Below the pieces are notes generated by a model. The model had not been told where the DNA came from, ran no database searches, and worked only from the letters and a program-made list of their open reading frames with translations. 64,000 nucleotides of DNA, from NCBI GenBank assembly GCA_963741445.1, contig CAVUIE010000006.1, positions 15,926 through 79,925 on the forward strand. The letters are read 5' to 3'. Of the stretch, positions 20,847 through 36,338 are shown in pieces (position 1 is the stretch's first letter; the number at the start of each line of letters is the position of its first letter). This DNA is from an uncultured Chloroflexia bacterium (lineage in GTDB: Bacteria; Chloroflexota; Limnocylindria; Limnocylindrales; CSP1-4). Both the position numbers and the translations under genes were made by a program.

Positions 20847-22301
20847 GACCCGTGCGCCGGGGCGGCGGCCGCGAGCTCGATCGCGCCCCGGAACGCGGCG
20901 ATGCGATCGAGCCGCTCGTCGTCGCGCGGCAGCGGATCCAGCAGGCGGCCGGCGCTGGTCCCCCAGCGGCGCGCGATCACGGCCGGGTCCTCGTCGCGCC
21001 ACGCCGCGGTCGCCTGGACCGCGGCACCGATCGCCACGAGCTCGTCGGCGTCGGGGATGAGCACCGGTCGCCCGGAGAGGCGGCGGACGACGTCGACCCA
21101 GGTCCGCCCGCGCGACCCGCCGCCGACCAGCATGAGCGGGGCGTCGTCGTCGAGCCCGCCGACCGCGGTGCCGATGGCGTCGAGCGCCTCGAGCAGCGCC
21201 GCGGCGGCGCCCTCGTAGGTCGCCATGAGGATCTGCTGCGAGCGTGGAGGTGTGGCGGAGGCCGAGGATCGTGCCGGCGGCGCCGGGCAGGTCGGGCGTG
21301 CGCTCGCCGTCGAGGTAGGGGTAGACGACGACCGAGCCGGCCGGCGCGACGTCGTCGCGGTCCAGGCCCAGCCACGCCGCGGTGCGGTCGACCGCGAGCG
21401 TGCAGTTGAGCGTGCAGGCGAGCGGCAGGAAGCGGCCCGACGGCGTCGGCGAAGCCCGCGACGACCCCGGTCGGGTCGGCCGTGGGCCGCTCGGAGACCG
21501 CGAAGATCGTGCCCGAGGTCCCGAGGCTCATCGCCGTCTGGCCGACGCCCAGCCCGAGGCCGAGCGCCGCGCCCATGTTGTCGCCGGTGCCCGGCCCGAC
21601 GACGGTCCCGGGGGCGAGGCCGAGCTCGTCGGCGACGGCGGACGTCACCTCGCCCGCCAGCTCGCGCGGGCCGAGGAGTCGCGGCAGGAGGTCGGCGTCG
21701 CAGCGCGACCGACGGGTGGTCGAGGATGGCCGGCTCGTAGGCGCCGGTCGTGGGCGACCACCAGCCCGTCCCCGACGCGTCGCCCCGGTCCGTGGCGGCC
21801 GCGCCGGTCAGCCGGCCGGTGACGTAGTCGTGCGGCAGCTGGACGGCCCGGCGCCGCGGCCGCGACCGCCGGCTCGGTGCGACGGAGCCAGGCCCACTTC
21901 GAGACCGTGAACGAGGCGTTCGGGCGGAGCCCGGTGAGCCTCGCCCAGCGCTCCGCGCCGAGCTCCTCGGTCAGGCGCTCGGCATCGGCCGCGGCTCGGG
22001 TGTCGTTCCAGAGCGAGGCGTCGCGCAGCGGCTCGCCGGCCGCGTCGAGGACGACCAGGCCGTGCTGCTGGCCGGCGACGGAGATCGCGCCGACATCGCC
22101 GGCGCGACCGGTCTCCGCCAGCGCGTCGCGGACCGCGGACCACCAGCCGCGCGGGTCGGACTCGCGGGCGCCGTCCGTGCCGGTGACCACGTGGGCGGCC
22201 TGGCCGCGCGCGACGACCTCGCCCGTGTCGGGGTCCACCAGCAGGATCTTGGTCGACTGGGTCGAGCAATCGACCCCGGCGACGAGCCGTCCACCCGTCA
22301 C
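20843..22301 (-). CDS. xylB: Xylulokinase (FGGY carbohydrate kinase); frameshifted
   Basis: AGVDCSTQSTK, VAGQQHG, LWNDTR, GTGDNMGAALG, SLGTSG, GERTP, VGGG. Confidence 0.85.
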
Positions 22302-22317
22302 GTGCGTCCCTTCCGCG

Positions 22318-22863
22318 TCACGCCTCGAGCGCGTCCCGAAGCCAGGCCACAAGGTAGCGCACGAACGAGGGGCGGACGAGCACGCGGTACACCGGCTCCG
22401 GGTCGTCGGCGACGTGCCACAGGACGACGTTGGCGCGCGCGAGCAGGGTCTGCGCGCAGCCGCCGACCGGCAGCCCTCGCTCGAGGTCGAGTGCGCAGCC
22501 GGAGGCGAGCAGGTCCGCGGCGCCCGGGACCGGCGATCTCGATGCCGACCCGGTTCGCGGAGACGTCGACGGACGTGAGGAACGCGTCGCCGGCGGCGGC
22601 GCGGACGGCGGCTTCGATGGCGGCGGCGACCTCCGCCGGTGCGCCCTCCTGCGCGACGACCAGCCACTCGTCCGGACCGAGCCACAGGACGTGGCCCTCG
22701 CCGTCGGTCGCGGCGGCGACGGTGTTCGGGACCGTCGGCGGCACGGCGGCCAGGGCGTCGCCGATCCGTGCGAGCAGCGCGGCATCGACCGGGTCCGCAC
22801 GCAGCGACACCTGTGGCAGCGGCCCCAGCTCGCGGATCGCTCACGTCGGTCCGTCGTGGTCAT
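22318..22863 (-). CDS. soxG: Sarcosine oxidase subunit gamma; frameshifted
   Basis: [31 protein letters not shown]; follows soxA. Confidence 0.88.
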   Translation of the reverse strand: MTTTDRRERSASWGRCHRCRCVRTRSMPRCSHGSATPWPPCRRRSRTPSPPRPTARATSCGSVRTSGWSSRRRAHRRRSPPPSKPPSAPPPATRSSRPSTSPRTGSASRSPVPGAADLLASGCALDLERGLPVGGCAQTLLARANVVLWHVADDPEPVYRVLVRPSFVRYLVAWLRDALEA

Positions 22864-25494
22864 GCGGCCGGCTCCCCGTCGCGGCGCCGGTTCTCCGGGT
22901 CGAACAGCACGGACTCGGCGATCGTCGCCTCGACGACGCGGTCGCCCAGCGGCGCGAGCACCCGCTCGCCGATCCGGTCGCGACCGCCCTTGACCAGCGC
23001 GAGCGCGAAGGTCCGGCCCGAGCGCGGCGCTGCGATAGGACGAGGTCACGTGCCCGAGCATCGGGACCGGGACGCTCGCGAGGTCGGCGTCGAGCGCGAC
23101 CAGCTGGGCGCCCTCGGGGAGCAGCGTCGTCGGGGTCGACCGGCAGCAGCCCGACGAGCTGCTTGCGGTCCGGCCGCAGGCTGTCGGGCCGTCGCTGCGA
23201 GCGCCGGCCGATGAAGTCCTTCTTCGTCGAGACCAGCGCGCCGAGGCCGAGGTCCTGCGGGGTCACGGTCCCGTCGGTCTCCTGGCCGATGATCGGGTAG
23301 CCCTTCTCGGCGCGCAGGACGTGCATCGCCTCGGTGCCGTACGGCGTGATCCCGAGCGGCGCGCCGGCGGCCATCACGGCCTCCCAGAGCGCGCGGCCGT
23401 CGGTCCGTCGGCACGTTCAGCTCGTAGGCCAGCTCCCCGGAGAACGAGATCCGGAAGACGCGCCCGGCGATCCCCGCGATGATCGCGTCGCGCCAGGTCA
23501 TGAACGGGAAGGCCTCGATGGCGACGTCGAGCCCGGGCGCCAGCGCCGCGACCACGTCGCGCGACCGCGGCCCGACGACGGCGACGGTCGCCCACTGCTC
23601 GGTGACGCTGGTCGCGCGGACCCGCAGCTCCGGCCACTCGGTCTGGAGCCACTCCTCGAGGTGGTCGAGGACCGGGGCGGCGTTGCCGGTCGTCGTCGTC
23701 ATGTGGAACCGGTCGTCGGCCAGCCGCGACGTCACGCCGTCGTCGAAGACCATCCCGTCGAGCCGGCACATCACGCCGTACCGGCACGCCCCGACCTTGA
23801 GCGTCGAGAACGTGTTCGTGTAGACGCGGTCGAGGAAGACGCCCGCGTCCGGCCCCTGGAGGTCGATCTTGCCGAGGGTCGTGGCGTCCATCACCGCGAC
23901 CCCGGTCCGCGCGGCCGCGCACTCGCGCAGGACGGCCGCCTCCATCGATTCGCCGTCGCGCGGGAAGTAGCGCGGGCCGCTTCCACTGGCCGACGTCCTC
24001 GAAGACCGCGCCGTGCGCGACGTGCCAGTCGTGGATCGGCGTGACCCGGATCGGGTCGAGCAGGTCGCCGCGGTCGCGGCCGGCGAGCTGGGCGAAGCTG
24101 ACGGGCACGACCGGCGGCCGGTACGTCGGCACCCCGACCGCGCCGACCTCCTGGCCGAGGATCGCCGCCGCGATCGCCGACGCGACGACGCCCGAGGTCT
24201 TGCCCTGGTCGGCGGCCGTGCCGATCGTCGTGTAGCGCTTGACGTGCTCGATCGAGGTGAGGCCGGCGCCGAGCGCGCGGCGCAGGTCGCGCGCGGTCGA
24301 GTCGCGCTGGAGGTCGACGTAGTGGGTCGCCCAGGCGTCCTCACCGGGTCGTCGCCGGGCGGCGGGACGATCCAGCGCCGGCTCGATCCTCCCGAGGTCC
24401 GCGATGTCGCCGGCGGCGGCGCCGACCGCCTCCATGCGGCCGTGCGGCCCGGGCCGATCCGGGACGAACGCCGCGATCCGCTCGTCGAAGCGGAGGGTGC
24501 CGCGGGCCTGGCTCCACAGCGCGACGTTCGGGTTCCAGCCGCCGGACACGAGCAGCAGGTCCGCCTCGACGGTCTCGTCGCGGCCATCGGACCGGGCGAT
24601 CGCCACGGTCACGCCAGGCAGCCCGCTTCGTCGCCGCCGGTGCCCGACCACCCGCTCGCCCCGCCGGACGTCGACCTCGGCGACGATCTCGGTGCCGGCC
24701 GCGCGCAGCGCGTCGATCACCGCGTCCGTGGTGTCGTTGTTCGTGAAGACGACGGCCCTGGCGCCGGGCCGGACGCCGTACCGCTCGACGTAGAGCGCGG
24801 CCGCGCTCGCCAGCATGATCCCCGGCCGGTCGTCGTCGGCGAAGACGATGGGCCGCTCCGTGGCGCCCGGTCGCGACCACGATGCGGCCGGCACGGATGT
24901 GCCACAGCCGGCCCTCGGTCCGCGGCGTCGGGCGGCGCTGGACCGCGGTCACGTACCCGTGGTCGTAGATCCCGAGCGCGGTCGTGTCGCGCGAGGACGC
25001 CGTCGCCCGACGGCTGTCGGGTCGGCATCGAGCACCAGCACCCGGGCGTCCGGCTCCGCGACGCGCGCCGCGGCCGCGGCCGCCATCAGCCCGACGGCCC
25101 CCGCCCCGATCACCAGCACCTCGACGTGGGCGTACCGCTTGTCGAAGCGCGGCATCGTCCCGCTGGTCGACCAGCCGGCCCTTCCCCGCCAGCGGCCAGG
25201 CGCGCAGTCCCTCCTCGAGCGGCAGCGTGGTCGCGCGCACCATCGGCTCGGACACGCCGTCGGCGCGCTCGACCTGGACGAGCGCGTTCGGCTCCTCGGG
25301 GCCGGCGGTCATCACGCCGCGCGGCCGGTCGTCGTAGATGCTCCGCGCGACGACGTCGACGCCGTTCGCCAGCAGCGCGGAGGCGAGCGTGTCGCCGGCG
25401 AACCCGGTCAGCGGCGCGCCCGTCGAACTCGAAGGCGATCGGCCGCGACCGGTCGATCCGGTCGCCGCCCGACCGGCAGCCGCAGCCCGCTCAC
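22860..25494 (-). CDS. soxA: Sarcosine oxidase subunit alpha; frameshifted
   Basis: [33 protein letters not shown]...DQGKT, TLGKID, DDG, ISFSGE, LRAEKG. Confidence 0.92.
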
Positions 25495-25734
25495 CCGAGG
25501 ACCTCGTTGGTCAGCGTGTCGCGGGTGAGGTCGAACCAGCGCCGGCAGCCCGGCGGTGTGGACCCAGCGCTCGCGCCAGGCGCCCTTGGGGTTGTCGCGC
25601 ATGAACAGGTAGTCGGCCCACTCGGCGTCGGTCAGCGCGTCCGGGTCGGCCGGGTAGGCGATGCCCGCCTGGCCGCCGTAGCGGAACTCGGTCTCGTCGC
25701 GCGGCCCGCACCACGGGCAGGGGATCGACAGCAT
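25491..25734 (-). CDS. soxD: Sarcosine oxidase subunit delta; frameshifted
   Basis: [14 protein letters not shown]...[10 protein letters not shown]...ERWVH...CRRWF...RDT (Zn site). Confidence 0.92.
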
Positions 25735-26980
25735 CAGTGGGCGACCGCCGCGGCGCCGTGCTCGTCGATGAGCGCGCCCGGTCGTGAACCGGTCGAGCGC
25801 GAACGGCCGGTTGAGCTCGTGCGGCTCGTCGTGCGCGACCGTGTGCGCGAGCACCCAGCCGGACGCCGGCGTGGCCTTGAACCCGCCGGTCCCCCAGCCG
25901 CAGTCGAGGTACAGCCCGCCGACCGGCGTCAGCCCGATGATCGGCGAGGCGTCCGGCGACACGTCGACGATCCCGCCCCACGTCCGCAGCACGTGCGCGC
26001 GCGCGAAGATCGGGAAGAGCTCGAGGGCGGCCGCCATCTGGTGCTCGATGATGTGGAACGCGCCGCGCTGCCCGTAGCCGTTGTAGCCGTCGATGCCGGC
26101 GCCGAGCACGAGCTCGCCCTTGTGCGCCTGGCTGACGTAGACGTGGACCGCGTTCGACATGACGACGACCGGATGGACCGGCTCGAGCAGCTCCGAGACC
26201 AGCGCCTGGAGCGGGTGGCTCTGGAGCGGCAGCCGGATCCCGGCCATCGCCGCGACGATCGAGGCGTGGCCCGGCCGCGACGATCGCGACCTTGCCGGCG
26301 GCGATCCGGCCGCGCGAGGTCTGGACGCCGGTGACCCGGCCGCCCTCGATGTCGATCGCGGTCACCTCGGCGCCCTCGATGAGGTCGACGCCGAGCGCGT
26401 CGGCGGCCCGCGCGTAGCCCCACGCGACGTGGTCGTGCTTGGCGATCCCGCCGCGCGGCTGCCACGTCGCCCCGAGGACCGGGTAGCGGACGTCGTCCGC
26501 GACGTTGACGATCGGGCAGAGGCGCTTGACGTCGTCGGGCGTCAGCCATTCGGCGTCGACGCCGTTGAGCCGGTTCGCGTGGACCCGCCGCTGGCCCTCG
26601 CGCACGTCGCCCAGGTTGTGGGCGAGGTTCATCACGCCGCGCTGGCTGAAGAGGAGGTCGTAGTCGAGCTCCTCGGGGAGCGTCTCCCAGAGCTTGAGCG
26701 CGTGCTCGTAGATGGCCGCGCTCTCGTCCCACAGGTAGTTGCTGCGGATGATCGCCGTGTTGCGGGCGATGTTCCCGCCGGCCAGCCAGCCGCGCTCCAC
26801 GACGGCCACGTTCGTGATGCCGTGGCTCTTCGCGAGGTAGTACGCGGCCGCCAGCCCGTGCCCGCCGCCGCCGATGATCACGACGTCGTAGGCGGGCTTC
26901 GGATCGGGGTGCCGCCACAGCCGGTCGGGGTGCGGCGACGGGTGACGGTCGGCGCCGTCCGGGCGGGTCGGGTCCACCAT
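25734..26980 (-). CDS. soxB: Sarcosine oxidase subunit beta; frameshifted
   Basis: [50 protein letters not shown]-terminus. Confidence 0.95.
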
Positions 26981-27096
26981 CGAAGGGTAGCGCGGCGGTC
27001 GGGCCGGATGGACCCGGCCCGGCCTGACAGGCGGTCCGCCGCCTTGACGACGGCCGCGGCGCGGCCGACCCTAGCGCCCCAGTCAGCGACGATCGA

Positions 27097-28585
27097 GTGA
27101 GGGACCCGTTGCCGGACCTGTACATCGACGGTGCGTGGGTCGCCTCGGGCGACCGCACGTGCAGCCCCGTGATCAACCCGTCGGACGGCTCGGTCGTGAC
27201 CGAGGTCGACGTCGCGACCGACGACCAGGTCCAGGCCGCCATCGCGGCCGCGCGCCGCGCCTTCGACATCGGCGACTGGCCGCGCACCACGGCCGCCGAC
27301 CGCGCCGCGCGTCCTGACCCGCGTCGCCGAGCTGATCGACCGCGACCTCGAGGCGATGGCCCGCGAGGAGACGCTCCAGACCGGCAAGGCCATGCGCGAG
27401 AGCCGCTGGGACATCGCCGACGTCGCCCGCGTGCTTCCGCTACTACGCCGGCCTCGCGACCGACGACGACGACTCGCATCGTCGACCAGGACAACCCCGC
27501 CGTCCGCTCGCGGATCGTCCACGAGCCGGTCGGCGTCTGCGCGCTGATCGCCCCGTGGAACTACCCGCTGCTCCAGCTGTCGTGGAAGATCGCGCCGGCC
27601 CTCGCGGCGGGCAACACCGCGGTCATGAAGCCCGCGTCGGTCACGCCGCTGACCGCCGTCCACCTGACCCGGCTGCTCGAGGAGGCCGGCGTCCCGGCCG
27701 GCGTCGTCAACCTCGTCCTGGGGCCGGGCGGCCGCGTCGGGCCAGGCGCTCGCGGACAGCCCCGACGTCGACCTCATCTCGCTGACCGGCGGCATCGAGG
27801 CCGGGCCGGGCGCTGATGCGCGGCGCGGCCGGCAACATGAAGAAGGTCGCCCTGGAGCTCGGCGGCAAGAGCCCGAACATCGTCTTCGCCGACGCCGACT
27901 TCGACACGGCGGTGGACAACGCCCTGACCGCCGCGTTCACCCACTCCGGACAGGTCTGCTCGGCCGGCTGCCGGGCGATCGTCCAGGACGAGATCTACGA
28001 CCGGTTCGTGGCCGAGGTCGGCCGCCGCGCGGACCTGATCCGCCTCGGCGTCGGGCCTCGACGACGCGACCGAGGCCGGCGCGCTGATCACCGCCGAGCA
28101 CCGCGCCAAGGTGGAGGGCTACGTCGCGTCCGCGCTCGAGGAGGGCGCCCGGCTCGTGGCCGGTGGCCGGCGGCCGTCCGAGCCGGAGCTGCAGGCCGGC
28201 TTCTTCTACCGACCGACGGTCTTCGCCGACGTGGACCGCGGCATGCGGATCATCCGCGAGGAGGTCTTCGGGCCGGTCCTGACCATCGAGCGGTTCACCA
28301 CCGAGGACGAGGCCGTCGAGCTCGGCAACGACACGACCTACGGCCTCGCCGGCGCGGTCTGGACCGCCGATCCCGAGCGGGCGCAGCGTGTCGCGTCGCG
28401 GCTCCGCCACGGCACGGTCTGGATCAACGACTACAACACGTACCTGCCCGAGGCCGAGTGGGGCGGCTTCAAGCAGTCGGGCATCGGGCGGGAACTTGGC
28501 CCCGAGCGGTCTGGACGAGTACCGTGAGGCCAAGCACATCTGGCAGAACACGGCACCCGGTCCCACAGGCTGGTTCGGCGGCTGA
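27097..28585 (+). CDS. Aldehyde dehydrogenase, probably betaine aldehyde dehydrogenase; frameshifted
   Basis: [42 protein letters not shown]; specificity inferred from context. Confidence 0.85.
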
Positions 28586-28628
28586 CGCTCGGGCGGCCAC
28601 CGCGTTCGAACGGAGGGTCAGCGCGACG

Positions 28629-29691
28629 ATGACGGAGCCGACGCCAGAGGGGGCAGCCGGCGGGCTGACCGTCCGCGACCTGTGGAAGGTCTTCGGCCCG
28701 GCCGAGGCGAAGATCGCGAAGGCGGCACGGCTCGCCGCCGGACGCCGACGCCATCGAGGCTGCCGTCGCCGCCCAGGGCGGGACGGTCGCCGTCCGCGAC
28801 GTCTCGTTCGACGTCAAGCCCGGCGAGGTCTTCGTCGTGATGGGCCTGTCGGGGAGCGGCAAGTCCACGCTCGTGCGCTGCCTGACCCGCCTGATCGAGC
28901 CGACGCTCGGCAAGGTGGACCTCGACGGCGAGGACATCCTCGCGGCCAGCCCGGCCCGCCTGCGCGAGCTGCGCCGGAAGAAGTTCTCGATGGTCTTCCA
29001 GCACTTCGGGCTGCTCCCCCACCGGCCGGTCCTCGACAACATCGCCTTCGGGCTGGAGCTCCGCGGCGAGTCCGAAGGCGGCCCGCCAGGAGCGCGCCCG
29101 CGCGATGCTCGGCCTGGTCGGCCTCGACGGCATGGCCGACCGCTACCCGGAGGAGCTGTCGGGCGGCCAGCAGCAGCGGGTCGGCCTGGCCCGCGCGCTC
29201 GCGGGCGACCCGGAGGTGATGCTCCTCGACGAGCCGTTCAGCGCCCTCGACCCGCTGATCCGCCGGGACATGCAGAGCGAGATCCTGCGGCTCCACCACG
29301 AGCTGGGCAAGACGATGGTCTTCATCACCCATGACCTCGCCGAGGCGCTCAAGCTGGGCGACCACGTGATGATCATGCGGGCCGGCCAGATCGTGCAGAT
29401 CGGCCGCCCGGAGGAGCTCGTCGCGCGCCCCGCCGACGACTACGTCAAGGACTTCGTCCGGGACATCCCGAAGTCGCACGTCCTGACCCTGCGCTGGGTC
29501 ATGCGCGACGCGACGCCGGACGACGTCCTCGACGGCCCGGTCTTCCCGTCCGACACCGTGATCCGCACGGCGGTCCACGCCGTCGCCGCCAGCGAGCGGC
29601 CGATCCGGGTCGTCGATGACGGCGACAGCTGGTCGGCGTGGTCGACCGCGCCCACGTCCTCGAGGCGATCGCCGGCGGTGACGCCGCGTGA
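28629..29691 (+). CDS. Glycine betaine/proline ABC transporter ATP-binding protein (ProV/OpuAA type); frameshifted
   Basis: [48 protein letters not shown]. Confidence 0.92.
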
Positions 29692-31620
29692 CCGCGATCC
29701 GCTGGGGCGAGACCGACCCTCCCGAACCCGGCGAGCTCGAAGCGCGCGCTGCTGGTCGTCCTCGGCATCGCCGCGGTCGATCGCCTATCTCCTGTTCAAC
29801 GGCCAGTGGACGCTCCCCCACGACGACGACGCGGACATCTTCCGCTCGCTCAACGGCATCAAGGACGCGATCGCGGAGAACCGCAAGATCCTCGACCCGG
29901 TCCGGGTCGGCGTGACCTCGCTCGTCGACCTCTTCGACGAGCTCCTCGCGTCGCTCGGCTGGCCCGGCGTGATCGGCCTCGTCAGCGCCCTCGGCCTGCT
30001 GTTCGGCGGCTGGCGCCTGGCGCTGCTCGCCGGCCTCGGCTTCGCCTCCCTCGGCGTCCTCGGCCTGTGGGACGAGAGCATGGCGACCCTCTCCGTCGTG
30101 CTCGCCGCGGTCCTGATCGCGCTGGCGATCGGCCTGCCGCTCGGGATCGCCGCCGGTCGCAGCAACCGACTCAACGCGCTGCTGTCGCCGATCCTCGACG
30201 TGATGCAGATCATGCCGACGCTCGCGTACCTGACGCCGATGACCCTGCTGTTCCTGATCGGCTCGCCGTCGGCGACCGTCGCGACCCTGATCTACGCGCT
30301 GCCGGCGGCGATCCGGATCACCACGCTCGGGATCCGCGGCGTCCCGCGCGACACGGTCGAGGCGGCCTCGGCGTTCGGGGCGACCGGGATGCAGACGCTG
30401 CGCAAGGTCGAGCTGCCGCTCGCCCGCCGGGCGATCGCGCTCGGGATCAACCAGACCATCATGCTCAGCCTCTCGATGGTGGTCATCGCCGGCCTCATCG
30501 GCGCCCCAGGGCTCGCGCGGAACATCGTGATCGCGCTCTCCAAGGTCGACGTCGGCACCGCCTTCGATGCGGGGCTCGCGATCGTCATCCTGGCGATCGT
30601 CCTCGACCGCCTGACCGACGCCGCCGGTGAATGGCTCTCGCCGCGCGCCCGGATCGCCCGTCGTCGGAGCGGCCGTCCGGGCTGGCAGCGCCTCATCGGG
30701 CCGGGGATCGTGCTCGCCGTCGGGCTCATCGCGCCCGCGCTCGTGGACGCGACGTCGTTCCCCGACACCGTCCAGGTGTCGTTCGCCGATCCCGTCAACG
30801 CCGGGTTGGACTGGTTCACGGGGACCTTCTCGATCGCGACCATCGGACTCCAGAACGTGGTCACCAACGTCGTCCTGAACCCGATCGAGGGCGTGCTCAC
30901 GTCGTCGCCCTGGTGGCTGGTCGTCGCCATCGCGGTGGTCGCGGCCTGGGCGATCTCGGGGAGCCGGGCCGCGCTGATCTCGGCGGTCTGCCTCGGGCTG
31001 ATCGTCCTGCTCGAACCTCTGGAACCACTCGATGGTGACCCTCGCGAACGTGCTGGTCGCGACGGTGCTCACCCTGGTGATCGGGATCGCGCTCGGGATC
31101 ACCACGGCGCGCAACGCCCGCGTGCGGCGCGTCCTGCAACCGTTGCTCGACGCCGCGCAGACGCTGCCCGGCCTTCGTCTACCTGATCCCGGCCCTGGCG
31201 CTCTTCGCGCCGTCCCGGTTCACCGCGATCGTCGCGGCGGTCATCTTCGCCGTGCCGCCGGTGATCCGCCTCGTCGAGGTCGGGATCCTGTCGGTCCCGA
31301 CCGACGCCGTCGAGGCCGCCGCCTCGTCGGGCGCCACCGACCGGCAGCTGCTGTTCAAGGTCCAGCTGCCGATGTCGCGGCAGACCCTGCTGCTCGCGAC
31401 CAACCAGGGCATCGTGATGGTGTTGTCGATGGTGGTCATCGGCGCATTGGTCGGCGCGGGCGCGCTAGGCTACGACGTCATCACGGGCTTCTCCCGTGGC
31501 GAGCAGTTCGGGAAGGGACTCGCGGCGGGCGTCGCGATCGTGCTGCTCGGGATCATGCTCGATCGGATCACCCAGGGAGCCGGCGGCCGACGACGGTCGA
31601 CGGCAGCGAGGGCCGGCTAA
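29688..31620 (+). CDS. Glycine betaine ABC permease with two tandem ProW-like domains; frameshifted
   Basis: Two copies of LDxxQxxP...EAA..G...KVxLP...NQxIxxxLSMVVI. Confidence 0.88.
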
Positions 31621-31647
31621 GCCGGCACAGAGGAGGAGCGAACGGAC

Positions 31648-32702
31648 ATGCGCGAGCACAGGATCGGCCGCTGGCTCAGCGGCATGGCGATCGTCGTGAT
31701 CGTCGTCAGCGGGTGCGCGAAGGGCTCCGGCGACTCGGCGGCGCCCGCGAGCGCGGCTGCTCGCAGTGCGGCGGCCTCGGCCAGCGCCGCGGGCTCCGCC
31801 GCGCCCAGCGCCAGCGCGGCCGTCGCCCCCGCGACCTGCAAGGGCGCCGGCGACAAGGGCACCGTCAAGCTGATGATCAACGAGTGGGTCGGGGCCGAGG
31901 CCAACGTGGCCGTCGCCCAGTGCCTGCTCCAGCAGATGGGCTACACGGTCAAGACCAGCACGCTGGCCGAGGAGATCGCCTGGCAGGGCTTCGACACCGG
32001 CGAGGTCGACGTGATCCTCGAGAACTGGGGCCACCCCGAGCTCGAGAAGCACTACATCACCGACACGAAGCTCGCCACGGACGCCGGCCCGAACGGCGTG
32101 ACCGGGATCATCGGCTGGTACGTGCCCGGGTGGATGGTCGAGAAGTACCCGGACATCACCGACTGGAACAACCTCAACAAGTACGCGGACATGTTCAAGA
32201 CCCCCGAGTCGGGTGGCAAGGGCCAGTTCCTGGGCGCCAACCCGACCTTCGTCCAGTACGACGAGGCGCTGATCGCCAACCTCGGCCTCAACTACAAGGT
32301 CATCTTCTCCGGCAGCGAGGCGGCGACGATCACCGCCTTCCAGGCGGCCGACAAGAACAAGACGCCGCTGCTCGGCTACTTCTACGACCCGCAGTGGCTG
32401 CTGAACGAGATCAAGCTCGTCCAGGTCAAGCTGCCGCCGTACACGGCCGGCTGCGACGCCGACCTCGAAGAAGGTCGCGTGCGACTACCCGCCGTACGTC
32501 CTCAACAAGATCGCCCGCACGGAGTTCCTCGACAAGAACCCTGACAGCGGCGACCTTCATCAAGAACTTCACGTGGACCAACGCCGACCAGAACGAGGTC
32601 GCCGACTCGATCACGAGCAAGAAGATGTCCGACGAGGACGCCGCCAAGGCGTGGATCGACGCCCACCCGACCGTGTGGCAGGCGTGGATGCCCGCCTCCT
32701 AG
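31648..32702 (+). CDS. Glycine betaine ABC substrate-binding lipoprotein; frameshifted
   Basis: Lipobox VSGC, EVDVILENW, GWYVP, YFYDPQW; GAGGAG RBS. Confidence 0.9.
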
Positions 32703-35234
<2,532 letters not shown>

Positions 35235-35238
<4 letters not shown>

Positions 35239-36160
35239 CCGCCACCATCGCTGCCGACCCGCGCACCGCGACGATCCTCGACGCCATCGGCGAGACGCCG
35301 CTGGTCCGCATCGACGACATCTGGGTCAAGCTCGAGTTCCTCAACCCGTCCGGCTCGGTGAAGGCGCGGATCGCCCGCTACATGATCGAGCGCGCCGAGC
35401 GCGAGGGCCGACTCCGGCCCGGCGACACGATCGTCGAGGCGTCGAGCGGGAACACGGGCAACGCGATGAGCATGGTCGCCGCGGTGAAGGGCTACCGGAT
35501 GCTCGTCGTCATGCCCGACGGGATGAGCCCGGAGCGGCTGGCCATCAGCCGGGCCTTCGGCGCGGAGGTCCTGACCCTCGGCGACTTCCACGTGACCCAG
35601 GCGCTCGAGAAGGCGCGCGAGCTCGGGCACCCAGCCCGGCTACTTCAGCCCGCAGCAGTTCGATTCGGAGTGGAACGTCGACGAGAACCGCGAGTGGCTC
35701 GGGCCGGAGCTGCTCCGCCAGCTGCCCGACGGGGTCGTGCCCGGACGCGATCGTCGCCGGGGTGGGCACCGGCGGGACGTTGATCGGGGTCGGGCAGGCG
35801 GTCCGGGCGGTCAACCCGCGCGTCGCCGTCATCGGCGTCGAGCCGAACGAGTCCTGCACGCTGATGTGCGGCGAGGTCGGGAAGCACCTGATCGAGGGCA
35901 TCAGCGACGGGTTCATCCCGGGGATCATCGAGCGCCACCGCGACCTGATCGACGACCTGGTCCCGGTCGACAGCGATGCCTCGATCGCGGAGATGCGCCG
36001 GCTGGCACGGGAGCACGGCCTGTTCGTCGGGCCCAGCTCCGGGGCCAACCTGGTCGCCGCACGGACGTGGCGCGATGCGCATCCCGAGGCGCGCGAGGTC
36101 GTGACGTTCTTCTGCGACGAGGGCGAGAAGTACATCACCGACTACTTCACGCCCGACTGA
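35235..36160 (+). CDS. PLP-dependent cysteine synthase/cystathionine beta-synthase family protein; frameshifted
   Basis: IGETPLV, KLEFLNPSGSVK, EASSGNTG, GTGGT, IEGI, GPSSGAN; ATGA overlap with the upstream gene. Confidence 0.88.
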
Positions 36161-36338
36161 GCGCAACGGGGGTCCCGGCGGCCCGGTCCCGGCACCACGC
36201 CAGGCCGGCCACCCGTCCCTCGCTGGTACGGATGGGCTATCGCCGCAGCCGTCGGCCACCCGTACCTTGACGTGACCGCCGTGCACCCGAGTCCGGCGGT
36301 CATCGGCCATGCCGTCACGCGGAGGAAGCACGACCCGG

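Noticed and set aside
29105-31186. ATPase-permease fusion in the betaine transporter
   Set aside because: A GTGA stop/start overlap at 29688-29691 and compensating indels explain it as two genes.
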